A DNA stretch of 64,000 nt from Candidatus Aminicenantes bacterium. Lineage in GTDB: Bacteria; Acidobacteriota; Aminicenantia; Aminicenantales; UBA4085. A model generated the notes under the pieces. That model was not told the origin of the DNA. It saw only the letters and a program-made list of their open reading frames with translations, and searched no databases. How positions within the stretch are numbered: the stretch's first letter is position 1; each line of letters opens with the position of its first letter. The DNA lies in contig JAPKZJ010000011.1 of NCBI GenBank assembly GCA_026393855.1, forward strand, positions 5,761-69,760, written 5' to 3'. Made by a program: the position numbers and the translations under genes. This document shows positions 45,430 to 53,482 of this stretch, one piece after another.

Positions 45430-45719
45430 GGTTCTTATCCCGATTCGGGAAACGCGGTTCGAGGTGTCGTCCCGGCGGCGCGGGTTCACCACTCCTTTTT
45501 ACGCCAATCCGCTCGGCGCCTCGGAACTCCGCATTCGAGATCTCCCGGTCTTAGCGACCACCCTCTCCGTTTCGATTCCGTTAGATGGTTGCGTGCTCAA
45601 ACAGCCCTCGGCGCCCGTTGGGTGCCCTCGCGGAGAGGCGTAAAAAGCCGGAACCCGCGCGGTTTCGCCGTTGGCCGACACCCCGAACCGCTGATGTTTC
45701 CCGGAGAGGGAGATGAACC
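45430..45719. repeat. 290-nt rod-like imperfect inverted repeat (candidate structured ncRNA or MITE-like element)
   Basis: Nested complementary blocks found by hand:
- 45430-34 / 45715-19
- 45439-41 / 45708-10
- 45447-53 / 45696-702
- 45454-61 / 45684-91
- 45463-69 / 45676-82
- 45473-77 / 45666-70
- 45478-87 / 45651-60
- 45495-505 / 45637-47
- 45508-12 / 45630-34

It fills the whole gap between the terminator and the punA stop. Confidence 0.6.
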
Positions 45720-45724
45720 TGTTT

Positions 45725-46546
45725 TTAGGCGAGCTGGGGCACGACTCGGTTCAGCAGGCGGATGAAGTCGCCCTTGACGCGCTCGGCGGTTTCGGTCACT
45801 TCGGAGTGGCGGAGCGGCTGGGCCGAAACGCCGGCGGCCAGGTTAGTGATGCAGGAAATTCCGGCCACGCGAAGCCCCATATGGCGGGCGGCGATGGCCT
45901 CGGCCACGGTGGACATGCCCACGGCGTCGGCGCCCAGGGCGGCCAGCATGCGGATCTCGGCCGGTGTCTCGTAGGAGGGTCCGGCCAGGCCCGCATAGAT
46001 GCCGCGGCGGGCCGGGTGCCCCATTTCGAGCAGGGCGGCGACGATGATCTCCTGGAAGGCCGGATCGTAGAGGGTGCTCATGTCGGGGAAGCGCGGCCCC
46101 AGGCGATCGTCGTTCCTCCCGCGCAGCGGGTTGACGCCCGTCAGGTTGATGTGATCGCGGATGACCATCAAGTCTCCGGGCCGGAAGTCGCGGTTGATGC
46201 CCCCGGCGGCGTTGGTCAGCAGCAGGCTGCGGACCCCCAGCGCGGCCAGAACCCGCACCGGAAAGACCACCTCGTCGATCTCGTGTCCCTCATAGTAGTG
46301 GATGCGCCCCTGCAAGACGGCAACGGAAACCGAGCCGACCCGACCCAGCACCAGGCGGCCAGCGTGGCCGGCGACGCCGGCGGTTTTGAAATGGGGAATG
46401 GCGGAGTAGGCGACCCCACTCGGCTCGGCAACCGAATCGGCGAATTCCCCCAGTCCCGAACCCAGGATCACTCCCACCCGGGGCGGCAGCGGGCAAGCCG
46501 TCCTGATGAAGTCGGCCGCTTCCATCATCTGTTCATAGTGATTCAC
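45725..46546 (-). CDS. punA: Purine nucleoside phosphorylase (trimeric PNP family)
   Basis: 273 aa. Motifs ILGSGLG, GHAGRLV, LTNAAGG and VGMSTV. Confidence 0.9.
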   Translation of the reverse strand: MNHYEQMMEAADFIRTACPLPPRVGVILGSGLGEFADSVAEPSGVAYSAIPHFKTAGVAGHAGRLVLGRVGSVSVAVLQGRIHYYEGHEIDEVVFPVRVLAALGVRSLLLTNAAGGINRDFRPGDLMVIRDHINLTGVNPLRGRNDDRLGPRFPDMSTLYDPAFQEIIVAALLEMGHPARRGIYAGLAGPSYETPAEIRMLAALGADAVGMSTVAEAIAARHMGLRVAGISCITNLAAGVSAQPLRHSEVTETAERVKGDFIRLLNRVVPQLA

Positions 46547-47745
46547 GGGGCCTCCTCGGGTCCGGCGGAGCGCATGTCGGCCAGGAAGCTCCGTCCGGGA
46601 AATTCATGCTTCAACCCGAACGCGTCCAGGATGGAAGCGCCGACGTCGGCGAACGAGCTTCGGTCGCCGAGGGCCCGCCCCGTTAGGCCGGGGGCGTAGG
46701 CCAGGAGCGGGACATATTCCCGCGTGTGGTCGGTCCCGGGAAAGACAGGATCGCAGCCGTGGTCTGCGGTGACGACCAGCATATCGCCGGGGCCGAGCCG
46801 GGGCAGGAAGGCGCCCAGCTCAAGGTCGAAGGCCTCCAAGGCCGCTCCGTACCCCTCGGCGTCGTTGCGGTGGCCGTAGAGCATGTCGAAGTCGACCAGG
46901 TTGGCGAAGAGGAGCCCCCTCCCGCCGGCCGCCCATTCCTCCCGCACCAGACTCATACCCTCGGCGTTGTCGTGGCTGGGGCGGGAGCGGCCGATGCCCT
47001 TCCCGGCGAAGATATTCTCGATCTTGCCGACCCCCGTCACGGGCCATCCGTCTCTCCGCAGGACGTCCAGCGCCGTCTCCCCGGGGGGACACATGGAGAA
47101 GTCGCGGCGATTGGCCGTGCGGCGGAACGATCCGGGAGCGCCGACGAAGGGCCGGGCGATGACCCGGCCGATCATCCAGTCGTCGCAGAGATCCCGGGTT
47201 TGCCGGCACATCTCGTAGAGATCCGGCAGGGGGATAACGTCCTCGTGGGCGGCGATCTGAAAAACGCTGTCGGCCGAAGTGTAGACGATGGGGAAGCCGC
47301 TGTGCACATGCTCCGCCCCCAGCTCGGCGATGATCTCCGTGCCCGAAGCGGCCTTGTTGCCCAACAGGCCGGCGGCCCCGGTCCGGCGCTTGAACTCGGC
47401 CAGCAGATCGGACGGAAACCCGCCGGGGAACAGGGCGAACGGCTTGTCCAGCGGCAGGCCCATCATCTCCCAGTGGCCGGCCAGGGTGTCCTTGCCGCGG
47501 GCCCGCTCGGCCATGCGCCCCCAGGACGCCAGCGGGGCAGGCGCAGGGGAGACGCCCGGGAGGGAGAGGATGTTCCCCAAGCCGAGACTGGCGAGATGGG
47601 GAAGACGCAAGCCGCCCCGGCGCTCAGCTACGTGGACCAGGGTGTTGGCCCCCGCATCGCCGTAGTCCGCAGCGTCGGGGAGCGCGCCGATGCCGACGGA
47701 GTCCAGGACGATCAGGGCGATGCGGTTGATGCGGAGAGTGGCCAT
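46543..47745 (-). CDS. deoB: Phosphopentomutase
   Basis: 400 aa from MATLRINRIALIVLDSVGIG (47745). DeoB pattern throughout (GKD..GHWE, DHG.DP). The ORF track extends to 48138 across tdk. Confidence 0.9.
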   Translation of the reverse strand: MATLRINRIALIVLDSVGIGALPDAADYGDAGANTLVHVAERRGGLRLPHLASLGLGNILSLPGVSPAPAPLASWGRMAERARGKDTLAGHWEMMGLPLDKPFALFPGGFPSDLLAEFKRRTGAAGLLGNKAASGTEIIAELGAEHVHSGFPIVYTSADSVFQIAAHEDVIPLPDLYEMCRQTRDLCDDWMIGRVIARPFVGAPGSFRRTANRRDFSMCPPGETALDVLRRDGWPVTGVGKIENIFAGKGIGRSRPSHDNAEGMSLVREEWAAGGRGLLFANLVDFDMLYGHRNDAEGYGAALEAFDLELGAFLPRLGPGDMLVVTADHGCDPVFPGTDHTREYVPLLAYAPGLTGRALGDRSSFADVGASILDAFGLKHEFPGRSFLADMRSAGPEEAP

Positions 47746-47801
47746 CCGCCCTGACAAATAGCACAGGGCCGGCGGATAGTCAAAGGCGGGACCCGGCCGG
47801 C

Positions 47802-48371
47802 CTACTTGATCTCGAGCTTCTGCCCGTAGCATTTGCGGCAGACCGAGATGTACTTGTCGTTGCCGCCGATCTCGATCTGCGGACCGTCGCCGACCGGAAG
47901 GCCGTCCTTGAACTTGAGCAGCATGGTCGCCTTCTTGGAGCAGTACCAGCAGACGGCCTTGACCTCCTCGATCTTGTCGGCCAGCAGGAGGAGCGCTTCG
48001 CTGCCGCTGAAAAAATGGTTGCGGTAATCGTTCTTCAGGCCGTAGACGATGACCGGGATGTTCAATTGATCGACGATCCGGGTCAGAGAGACGACCTGTT
48101 CGCGGCTCAGAAACTGGCCCTCGTCGACCAGCACACAATCGGGCCCCACTTCCCGGGCCAGGCGCAGGATGTCGGTGCCGTCATCGATGATCTGGGCGTC
48201 GCGTTGGAGGCCCATCCGCGAGGTGATCTGGCCTCGGCCGAAGCGATCGTCGATGGCCGGAGTGAAGAGCAGGACGCGCTTGTTCTGCTCCTCGTAGTTG
48301 TGGGCGATTTTGAGGATTTCGGTGGACTTGCCCGCATTCATGGTCGAGTAGCGGAAATAAAGCTGAGCCAT
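47802..48371 (-). CDS. tdk: Thymidine kinase
   Basis: 189 aa. P-loop [10 protein letters not shown]-terminal zinc motifs CWYC.. and CRKC. Confidence 0.9.
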
Positions 48372-48389
48372 TTTGATCTCCCGCCCCGG

Positions 48390-49919
48390 TCAGTTTCCGG
48401 AAGGCGCCGGCGCCTTCTCCCAGATGGCCCGGATGATATCCCGGTAAAGCCCCAGGTCCGCGCCCTTCTCCAGGAAGCTGATCAGGTCGTCGACCGTGGT
48501 GGTTTGCAGGGATCGGCCGGGGTCTTGGTGGGTGAAGCTGGTCGAGCTGGCGATGTAGCTGGAGAGGCCGACCTTGTAGGTCCGGTCTTCGGGCAGGGGA
48601 GTCCCGTCCGGAAGGCGCAACAGGATCTCCCGGACCCGCGGGGTCGCGTCCGTGCGGACGACGTAAGTGATCCCCGACACCTGAAGGTCGATGTCGCCCC
48701 GCTTTTCGAAGGCGGCCTTGATCAGGCTCCTGATCTCGGCCGGGGTCATGGCGATCTCGACGACCTGGTTGCCGAACGGGTCCAGGGTGTACGCGTCGCG
48801 TAGGGTGATGACCTTCGGCAGCCGGCCGACCCGGATGCCGCCGTTGTTCTGGAAAGCGATATCCAGGCCGTGGGTCCGGCGGATGGCGTCGGTCATCAGG
48901 CTGCCCAGGGCGTTCATGCCGCTGATCTCGAACGGCGCTTCGGCCAAGACGCGGGCCATGGCCGGGTTGCGGCGGTATTCGGTGACCAGGGCCTTGATCG
49001 AGGCGTCCTCGTCCTTCACTTGGCCCAGGTCGATCAAGCGGCCTTGCTTCTCGACCACCCGTCCGTCCCGGAGCCACAGATCGATCCGGCCCAGGAAGAG
49101 GTTGCCGCTGCCGGCTTGGGCGATCAGCACGCCGTTGACGGTCACCGCCGGATCGACGCGGGTGTGGGAATGGCCGCCGATGATCAGGTCGAGTTCCGGC
49201 ATCTGCCGGGCCAGCAGGAGGTCCTGATCATGGCCGATATGGGTCAGGGCGATCAGGACTTGGCCCTTGGCGCGCAGGCTCTTCATCTCCAGGGCCTTGG
49301 CCAGCGGCTCGCGGAAGCGCAGCCCCTTGACCCTGTCGGGGTGGGTCGAGGGCAGGCCGTTGCCGGGCTCGATCTGGATCAGGCCGAAGACGACGAGCCC
49401 GGTCCCGTTCCGGGTCTTCAGCACCGTCCACGGGCGGAGCTCCGGGAAGACGCCTACCGGCGCCTCGATGTTGGCCGAGACCATCGGGAAGCGGGACGCG
49501 AACTTGCGAACGGTCGCCAGCCCGTAATCGAACTCGTGGTTGCCGGGGCACACGACCGCGAGCCCCATCCGGCCGAGCAGATCCAGCATCGGCTCGCCGG
49601 GCGGGTCGAAGCGGTCGATGACCGGGTCGCCCGTAAAATTGTCTCCGGCCGAGACGTAGAAGACGTCGGCGCCGGTTTTCTTCTCGGCGTCGAGGATGAC
49701 CTTGACCTTGGCGAAGGCGTCGATCCGGCCGTGAACGTCGTTGGAGTGGAAAATGACGATATGGGTCTCGGTCGTCGCCGCCGTCGAAGCCGGGCCGGAC
49801 GGGGCGGTCGACCCGGTTGTCGCGGGCGGCAGGCCGGCGCAGGACGAGAGAATAAACGCCGCCAGCAGGGTCAGGCCGGCCAGGCGCAGCATCGATCCGG
49901 GCGAAAGGGGTCTCTTCAT
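48390..49919 (-). CDS. Lipoprotein 5'-nucleotidase / metallophosphatase (UshA-like)
   Basis: 509 aa from MKRPLS (49919). Lipobox LSSC. NDVHGR, GDNFTG and GNHEFDYG motifs plus a 5'-nucleotidase C-domain. GGAGGAG RBS inside the upstream small ORF. Confidence 0.85.
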   Translation of the reverse strand: MKRPLSPGSMLRLAGLTLLAAFILSSCAGLPPATTGSTAPSGPASTAATTETHIVIFHSNDVHGRIDAFAKVKVILDAEKKTGADVFYVSAGDNFTGDPVIDRFDPPGEPMLDLLGRMGLAVVCPGNHEFDYGLATVRKFASRFPMVSANIEAPVGVFPELRPWTVLKTRNGTGLVVFGLIQIEPGNGLPSTHPDRVKGLRFREPLAKALEMKSLRAKGQVLIALTHIGHDQDLLLARQMPELDLIIGGHSHTRVDPAVTVNGVLIAQAGSGNLFLGRIDLWLRDGRVVEKQGRLIDLGQVKDEDASIKALVTEYRRNPAMARVLAEAPFEISGMNALGSLMTDAIRRTHGLDIAFQNNGGIRVGRLPKVITLRDAYTLDPFGNQVVEIAMTPAEIRSLIKAAFEKRGDIDLQVSGITYVVRTDATPRVREILLRLPDGTPLPEDRTYKVGLSSYIASSTSFTHQDPGRSLQTTTVDDLISFLEKGADLGLYRDIIRAIWEKAPAPSGN

Positions 49920-50134
49920 GACGGGGGCTCCTCCGGGACGCGGGCGCTCGTGATCAGCTCTTCGCCGCCGATCAGCTCGCCGTCCAATCCGACTTCGTGG
50001 CCGTGCCGGTCGCAGACCTTCGTCTCGCCCCGCCGGACCCGCGTCCATTCGGCGCGCGAGTATCGGCGCAGGACGTCACCGACCTTGGCGCCCGAAAAGA
50101 TCTCGATTGACCGGCCGTTCACATTGATCAGCAT
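49916..50134 (-). CDS. Small hypothetical protein (72 aa), translationally coupled to the 5'-nucleotidase
   Basis: GC3-rich codon usage like its neighbours. Its stop overlaps the nucleotidase start (ATGA). First ORF after the predicted promoter. I recognise no family. Confidence 0.45.
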   Translation of the reverse strand: MLINVNGRSIEIFSGAKVGDVLRRYSRAEWTRVRRGETKVCDRHGHEVGLDGELIGGEELITSARVPEEPPS

Positions 50135-50144
50135 GGGGGGCGTT

Positions 50145-50161
50145 CCGATTCCGAGAATCGG
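50145..50161 (-). promoter_or_regulatory. Perfect inverted repeat at the predicted transcript 5' end (operator or 5' stem-loop)
   Basis: CCGATTC-CGA-GAATCGG, lying immediately downstream of the -10 at 50173-50168. Confidence 0.4.
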
Positions 50162-50167
50162 GAGACG

Positions 50168-50196
50168 ATTCTAGGGGACTCGCCGGGCCGTGTCAA
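50168..50196 (-). promoter_or_regulatory. Promoter of the smallORF-5'NT-tdk-deoB-punA operon
   Basis: On the minus strand: TTGACA (50196-50191), 17-nt spacer, TAGAAT (50173-50168). Confidence 0.55.
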
Positions 50197-50208
50197 GGAA
50201 CGCAGCCG

Positions 50209-51576
50209 TCAGTGAGCCGCGGCCGACGGCTTGGCTTTCCAGATGCGGGTCATGATGAAGGCTCCGATCAGGCTGAAGGGGATGATGCAGGCCACCCAGA
50301 TCCAGGCATGCGAAGGCGCGTGTCCGGCGGCAGCGACCCCGTCCCAGCCGTACGTCTTCAGCACCCAGCCCAACCCGAACCCGGTCAGGCCGCTGCCGAT
50401 ATATTGCACGCCGTCCAGCGCCCCGGCCACGGTGGCCGCCGCCTTGCGGCCGCCGAAGTCCATGGAGGCGGTGCCCGAAAGCATCCCGTGGACGCCGAAG
50501 ATAAACATGGCCGTCAGGCCCAGCAGGACGACCGCCCAGAGCTGGCCGAGCCAGGTGCCGCGGCCCAGGCTGAACCCGAGCAGCGCGAGCATGACCACCT
50601 GGACCAGATAAAACACGAAGGCCACGGGCGGCCGCCGGGACTGGAACAGCGTGTCGCTCATCCAGCCGCACAGAAGCCCGCCGAAGATCCCGCCCAACAT
50701 GAAGGCCACACCCGTCCACCAGAAGAGCACATTCGTCTTCGGCAGGTGATAGACTTCGGCCAGATACTCCGTGAAGTAGAGCATCACCCCCTGGCGCACG
50801 AAGCCGGTGCAGAACTCGGCCGCGATCAGGAAAACGACGATCGGGTTGCGGAAGACCTTGGCGAACAGCGCTTTTAAAGCCAGCGGCTTGTCCTCGGCCT
50901 GGTGGGCGTTGGAGCCGTCGCCGGTGTCGAAATCGGCCTGCCCGGCGTGGCTGGGGCGGTTGCGGACGATCAGGAGATCGACCAGGAACATCGTGCCCAT
51001 GGCTGCGGCCGGCACGAACCAGATGACGTTCCAGTTGGCGAAAGTCGCCAACAGGACCGAGCCGATGGTGGTGGCCAGGAAGTAGCCGGACGAGATCATG
51101 ATGCCGAAGATGCCGCCGAAGATGCCCCGCTCGCGGACGTGGAACCAGGTGCTGTTGACCTTGACCACGGACAGCGCGCCGAAGCTCTGGAAGTACATGT
51201 TCAGGCTCCACAGCCAGCTCATGTTCCAGAGGACGTGGCCGGTCCAGCCGTTAAAGAACATCAGGCCGACGGCCAGGTTGAGCGTCCCGGCTCCCAGCGC
51301 CCCGATCAGGATCGCCCGGCGCCCGCCGAAGCGGTCGGCCAGCGGGCCGTTGATCATGACGCTCAAGCCGTAGGTCCAGAAGCCGAAGGTGGCGATCAAG
51401 CCCATCTGGGCCTTGTCCAGGTGGTACAGGGCCCCGATGTCGTTTTTGACGACGTTGAAGTTGTAGCGGCCCATGTACATGGTCGCGTAGGTCAGGCCCA
51501 GCGGGAACCAGTTCAGGAAGCGCCGGCGCCGGAAGGCGCGCGAATGGCCGAGCGGGTTGCGCGAAAGCAGGCTCAT
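50209..51576 (-). CDS. MFS transporter, organophosphate:phosphate antiporter (UhpC/GlpT)-like
   Basis: 455 aa from MSLLSRNP (51576; AGGAGGTGA RBS; ATGA overlap with the upstream gene). The block YATMYMGRYNFNVVKNDIG..GPLADRFGGRR is typical of the OPA family. 12 TM-like segments. Confidence 0.65.
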   Translation of the reverse strand: MSLLSRNPLGHSRAFRRRRFLNWFPLGLTYATMYMGRYNFNVVKNDIGALYHLDKAQMGLIATFGFWTYGLSVMINGPLADRFGGRRAILIGALGAGTLNLAVGLMFFNGWTGHVLWNMSWLWSLNMYFQSFGALSVVKVNSTWFHVRERGIFGGIFGIMISSGYFLATTIGSVLLATFANWNVIWFVPAAAMGTMFLVDLLIVRNRPSHAGQADFDTGDGSNAHQAEDKPLALKALFAKVFRNPIVVFLIAAEFCTGFVRQGVMLYFTEYLAEVYHLPKTNVLFWWTGVAFMLGGIFGGLLCGWMSDTLFQSRRPPVAFVFYLVQVVMLALLGFSLGRGTWLGQLWAVVLLGLTAMFIFGVHGMLSGTASMDFGGRKAAATVAGALDGVQYIGSGLTGFGLGWVLKTYGWDGVAAAGHAPSHAWIWVACIIPFSLIGAFIMTRIWKAKPSAAAH

Positions 51577-52298
51577 GATCTCACCTCCTGCCGGCGGGTC
51601 CACAGCATGGTCAGCACCTCCTCCAGGTGGGCGCCCAGCACCTCCGGTTGGTCGGTCTTTTCGGGCATGTTGTCGAACACCGCATACGGGATCCGGCCGC
51701 CGGGAAGATGGATGAATCCGGGATCCGTCCCCTTGAAGCGGTCCCAATCCACGTCCTTGTACAGGCGCTCCAATTTGGCGTCCGGCAGGCCGTGCTCCAG
51801 GATCGAATCGGGGCGGTCGGGGTTGAAGCGGCGGCGGTTCTTGCGCAGGGATTCCTCGTAGGGGACGTCGATGTAGAGGATGCCGGCCTGGTCGAGGATG
51901 GCCGGCGAGAGGTGGCGGAAGGCCGATTCGTATCCGCCGTGTTCGGTGCCCCGGCTGAACTCGATCAGGGTCGTCTTCGTCTCGGCCTGGTCCTTGTCCC
52001 GCCGCTTCTTCTGGTATTCGAGGGAGATGCGCTCGATGAGCAGGTCCCACTGATACGGATGGAGGAAATAGCCGTCGGAGTCGGAATGAACGCGCGGCTG
52101 GTGCAAGATCTTTTCCAGGATGGCGTCTTCTTCAAACCAGGTCCAGAGCATGGGGAAGTCGTCGATCTCGTCGAGGCTTCCGACGTGAAAGCGCGCCAGG
52201 CGCTCCGGGGCCGGGGTTTTCTTCAGGTAATCGATGACTTCCGACTTGCCCGAGGCCGGGCGCCCCAGAAGGATGAGGATCTCGAAATGCTCTCTCAT
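51573..52298 (-). CDS. P-loop NTPase / kinase-like protein of unknown function
   Basis: 241 aa. Walker A LLGRPASGKSE. I recognise no further family. Confidence 0.55.
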   Translation of the reverse strand: MREHFEILILLGRPASGKSEVIDYLKKTPAPERLARFHVGSLDEIDDFPMLWTWFEEDAILEKILHQPRVHSDSDGYFLHPYQWDLLIERISLEYQKKRRDKDQAETKTTLIEFSRGTEHGGYESAFRHLSPAILDQAGILYIDVPYEESLRKNRRRFNPDRPDSILEHGLPDAKLERLYKDVDWDRFKGTDPGFIHLPGGRIPYAVFDNMPEKTDQPEVLGAHLEEVLTMLWTRRQEVRS

Positions 52299-52344
52299 CG
52301 GCGGCTCCTTTGAGACGATGTTATGGACGAAACGGGGGTCGGAG

Positions 52345-53346
52345 TCAAGCCTGGGCCGGTCCGGAGTCCTCTCGGTTTCCGAACCACATCCGCTCGGCGT
52401 TCTCCGAGGCGATCCGCCGGGCCGCCTCCGAGCCGAGCCGGCGGAACAGCCCGTTGTAGCGGGACAGGGTCTTGCCCAGGTGGTCGAAGTGCCCGCACAG
52501 GTCGGAGCCGATGAAGAAGCGGTCCGGGTGGCGGAGCAAAAAATCCAGCCAGTGCTTTTTGGGCTCCCCGTCCGTGCAGATCACGTCGTCGTAGACGACC
52601 CAGGAGATGTCGCCGAAGAGATTGGGGCGCTCCTCGATCAGCGCCTCCACCATGCGATGGTACTGCTTGTGCGAGACCCGGCGCGAAATGCCGCAGTGGG
52701 CCCAAACGAAGGTGGTTTTGGGGAACTTGGCCAGGATCTCCTCGACCTCGTGCAGGTGCTCGTAGTCGTCGTGGATGCTGACCGAGGTGCTGTTTTGGTG
52801 CAGGAGGACGGGCAGCTTCCGCTCGCCGCAGAGCGCGTAGATGTCGAACAAGGCCGGGTGGTTGGCCCGGGCCACTTCCTCGTTGGTCAGGTTGGTCAGG
52901 TCGTCGTGGCGGCAGAGAATCTCGCCCACGCCGCGCCAGAAGGGGTAGGCCTTGAGCATCCGCTCGACGTCGCGGACGGCGTAGCGGTCGGTCGGGTTGA
53001 AGCCGCAGATGAGCGGGGCGAAGCGGGCTTGCTCGGCCGTCGACAAGCCTTGTAGGGCCGAGGCTAGAATCTCGTCGGTGCGATGGTAATAGTAGCAGCG
53101 GGAATTGTCGTCCAAGTAATAGTGAGGCGGCCGGGACTCGTAGGACTCCCATTTCTTCTTCACCGGCAGGCCGAACAGGACGGCCTTGGCGATGTTGCCG
53201 GCGTCCATGGCCTGGAGCAGGCTCTTCAGGCCGTCGGATTCCTGGATGAAGTCGACGAAGTGGAGATGGGCGTCGATGATCGGGAGGAGCGGACGCTCCT
53301 CGGCGTGGCCGGTCGCCTTTTCGTGGAAGCGGGCATGGTAGCTCAT
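52345..53346 (-). CDS. Amidohydrolase-2 (TIM-barrel metal-dependent hydrolase) family protein
   Basis: 333 aa. IIDAHLHF near the N-terminus. Later HQN, WAHCG and GSD blocks fit PF04909-type hydrolases/decarboxylases. Confidence 0.6.
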   Translation of the reverse strand: MSYHARFHEKATGHAEERPLLPIIDAHLHFVDFIQESDGLKSLLQAMDAGNIAKAVLFGLPVKKKWESYESRPPHYYLDDNSRCYYYHRTDEILASALQGLSTAEQARFAPLICGFNPTDRYAVRDVERMLKAYPFWRGVGEILCRHDDLTNLTNEEVARANHPALFDIYALCGERKLPVLLHQNSTSVSIHDDYEHLHEVEEILAKFPKTTFVWAHCGISRRVSHKQYHRMVEALIEERPNLFGDISWVVYDDVICTDGEPKKHWLDFLLRHPDRFFIGSDLCGHFDHLGKTLSRYNGLFRRLGSEAARRIASENAERMWFGNREDSGPAQA

Positions 53347-53417
53347 GAGGGGCTCCGCTCCAGTGCGGTCAAGCGGCCGCGATTGGTCGAGATTTTCAGC
53401 ATGGCTCTCTGGGCGAA

Positions 53418-53446
53418 AATATAGGCTCGAATGCAGCCGGTTGCAA
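53418..53446 (-). promoter_or_regulatory. Promoter of the amidohydrolase / P-loop / MFS operon
   Basis: On the minus strand: TTGCAA (53446-53441), 17-nt spacer, TATATT (53423-53418). GGAGCGGAG lies before ATG 53346. Confidence 0.5.
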
Positions 53447-53482
53447 GGGGTATATTCGGTCCTGATCCCAAGGCCGTCGGAC

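Noticed and set aside
45447-45470. GGTTCGA-like string suggesting a tRNA/tmRNA T-arm
   Set aside because: No acceptor stem, anticodon arm or CCA context can be drawn. The string is part of the long-range helix of the 290-nt element. I also could not find RNase P (GAGGAAAGUCC), SRP or B12-box signatures.
45385-45765. ORFs 45385..45765(+), 45428..45643(+) and 45499..45681(-) inside the 290-nt inverted repeat
   Set aside because: They have no RBS and atypical composition, and they are explained by the palindromic structure. They sit in a gap between convergent genes.
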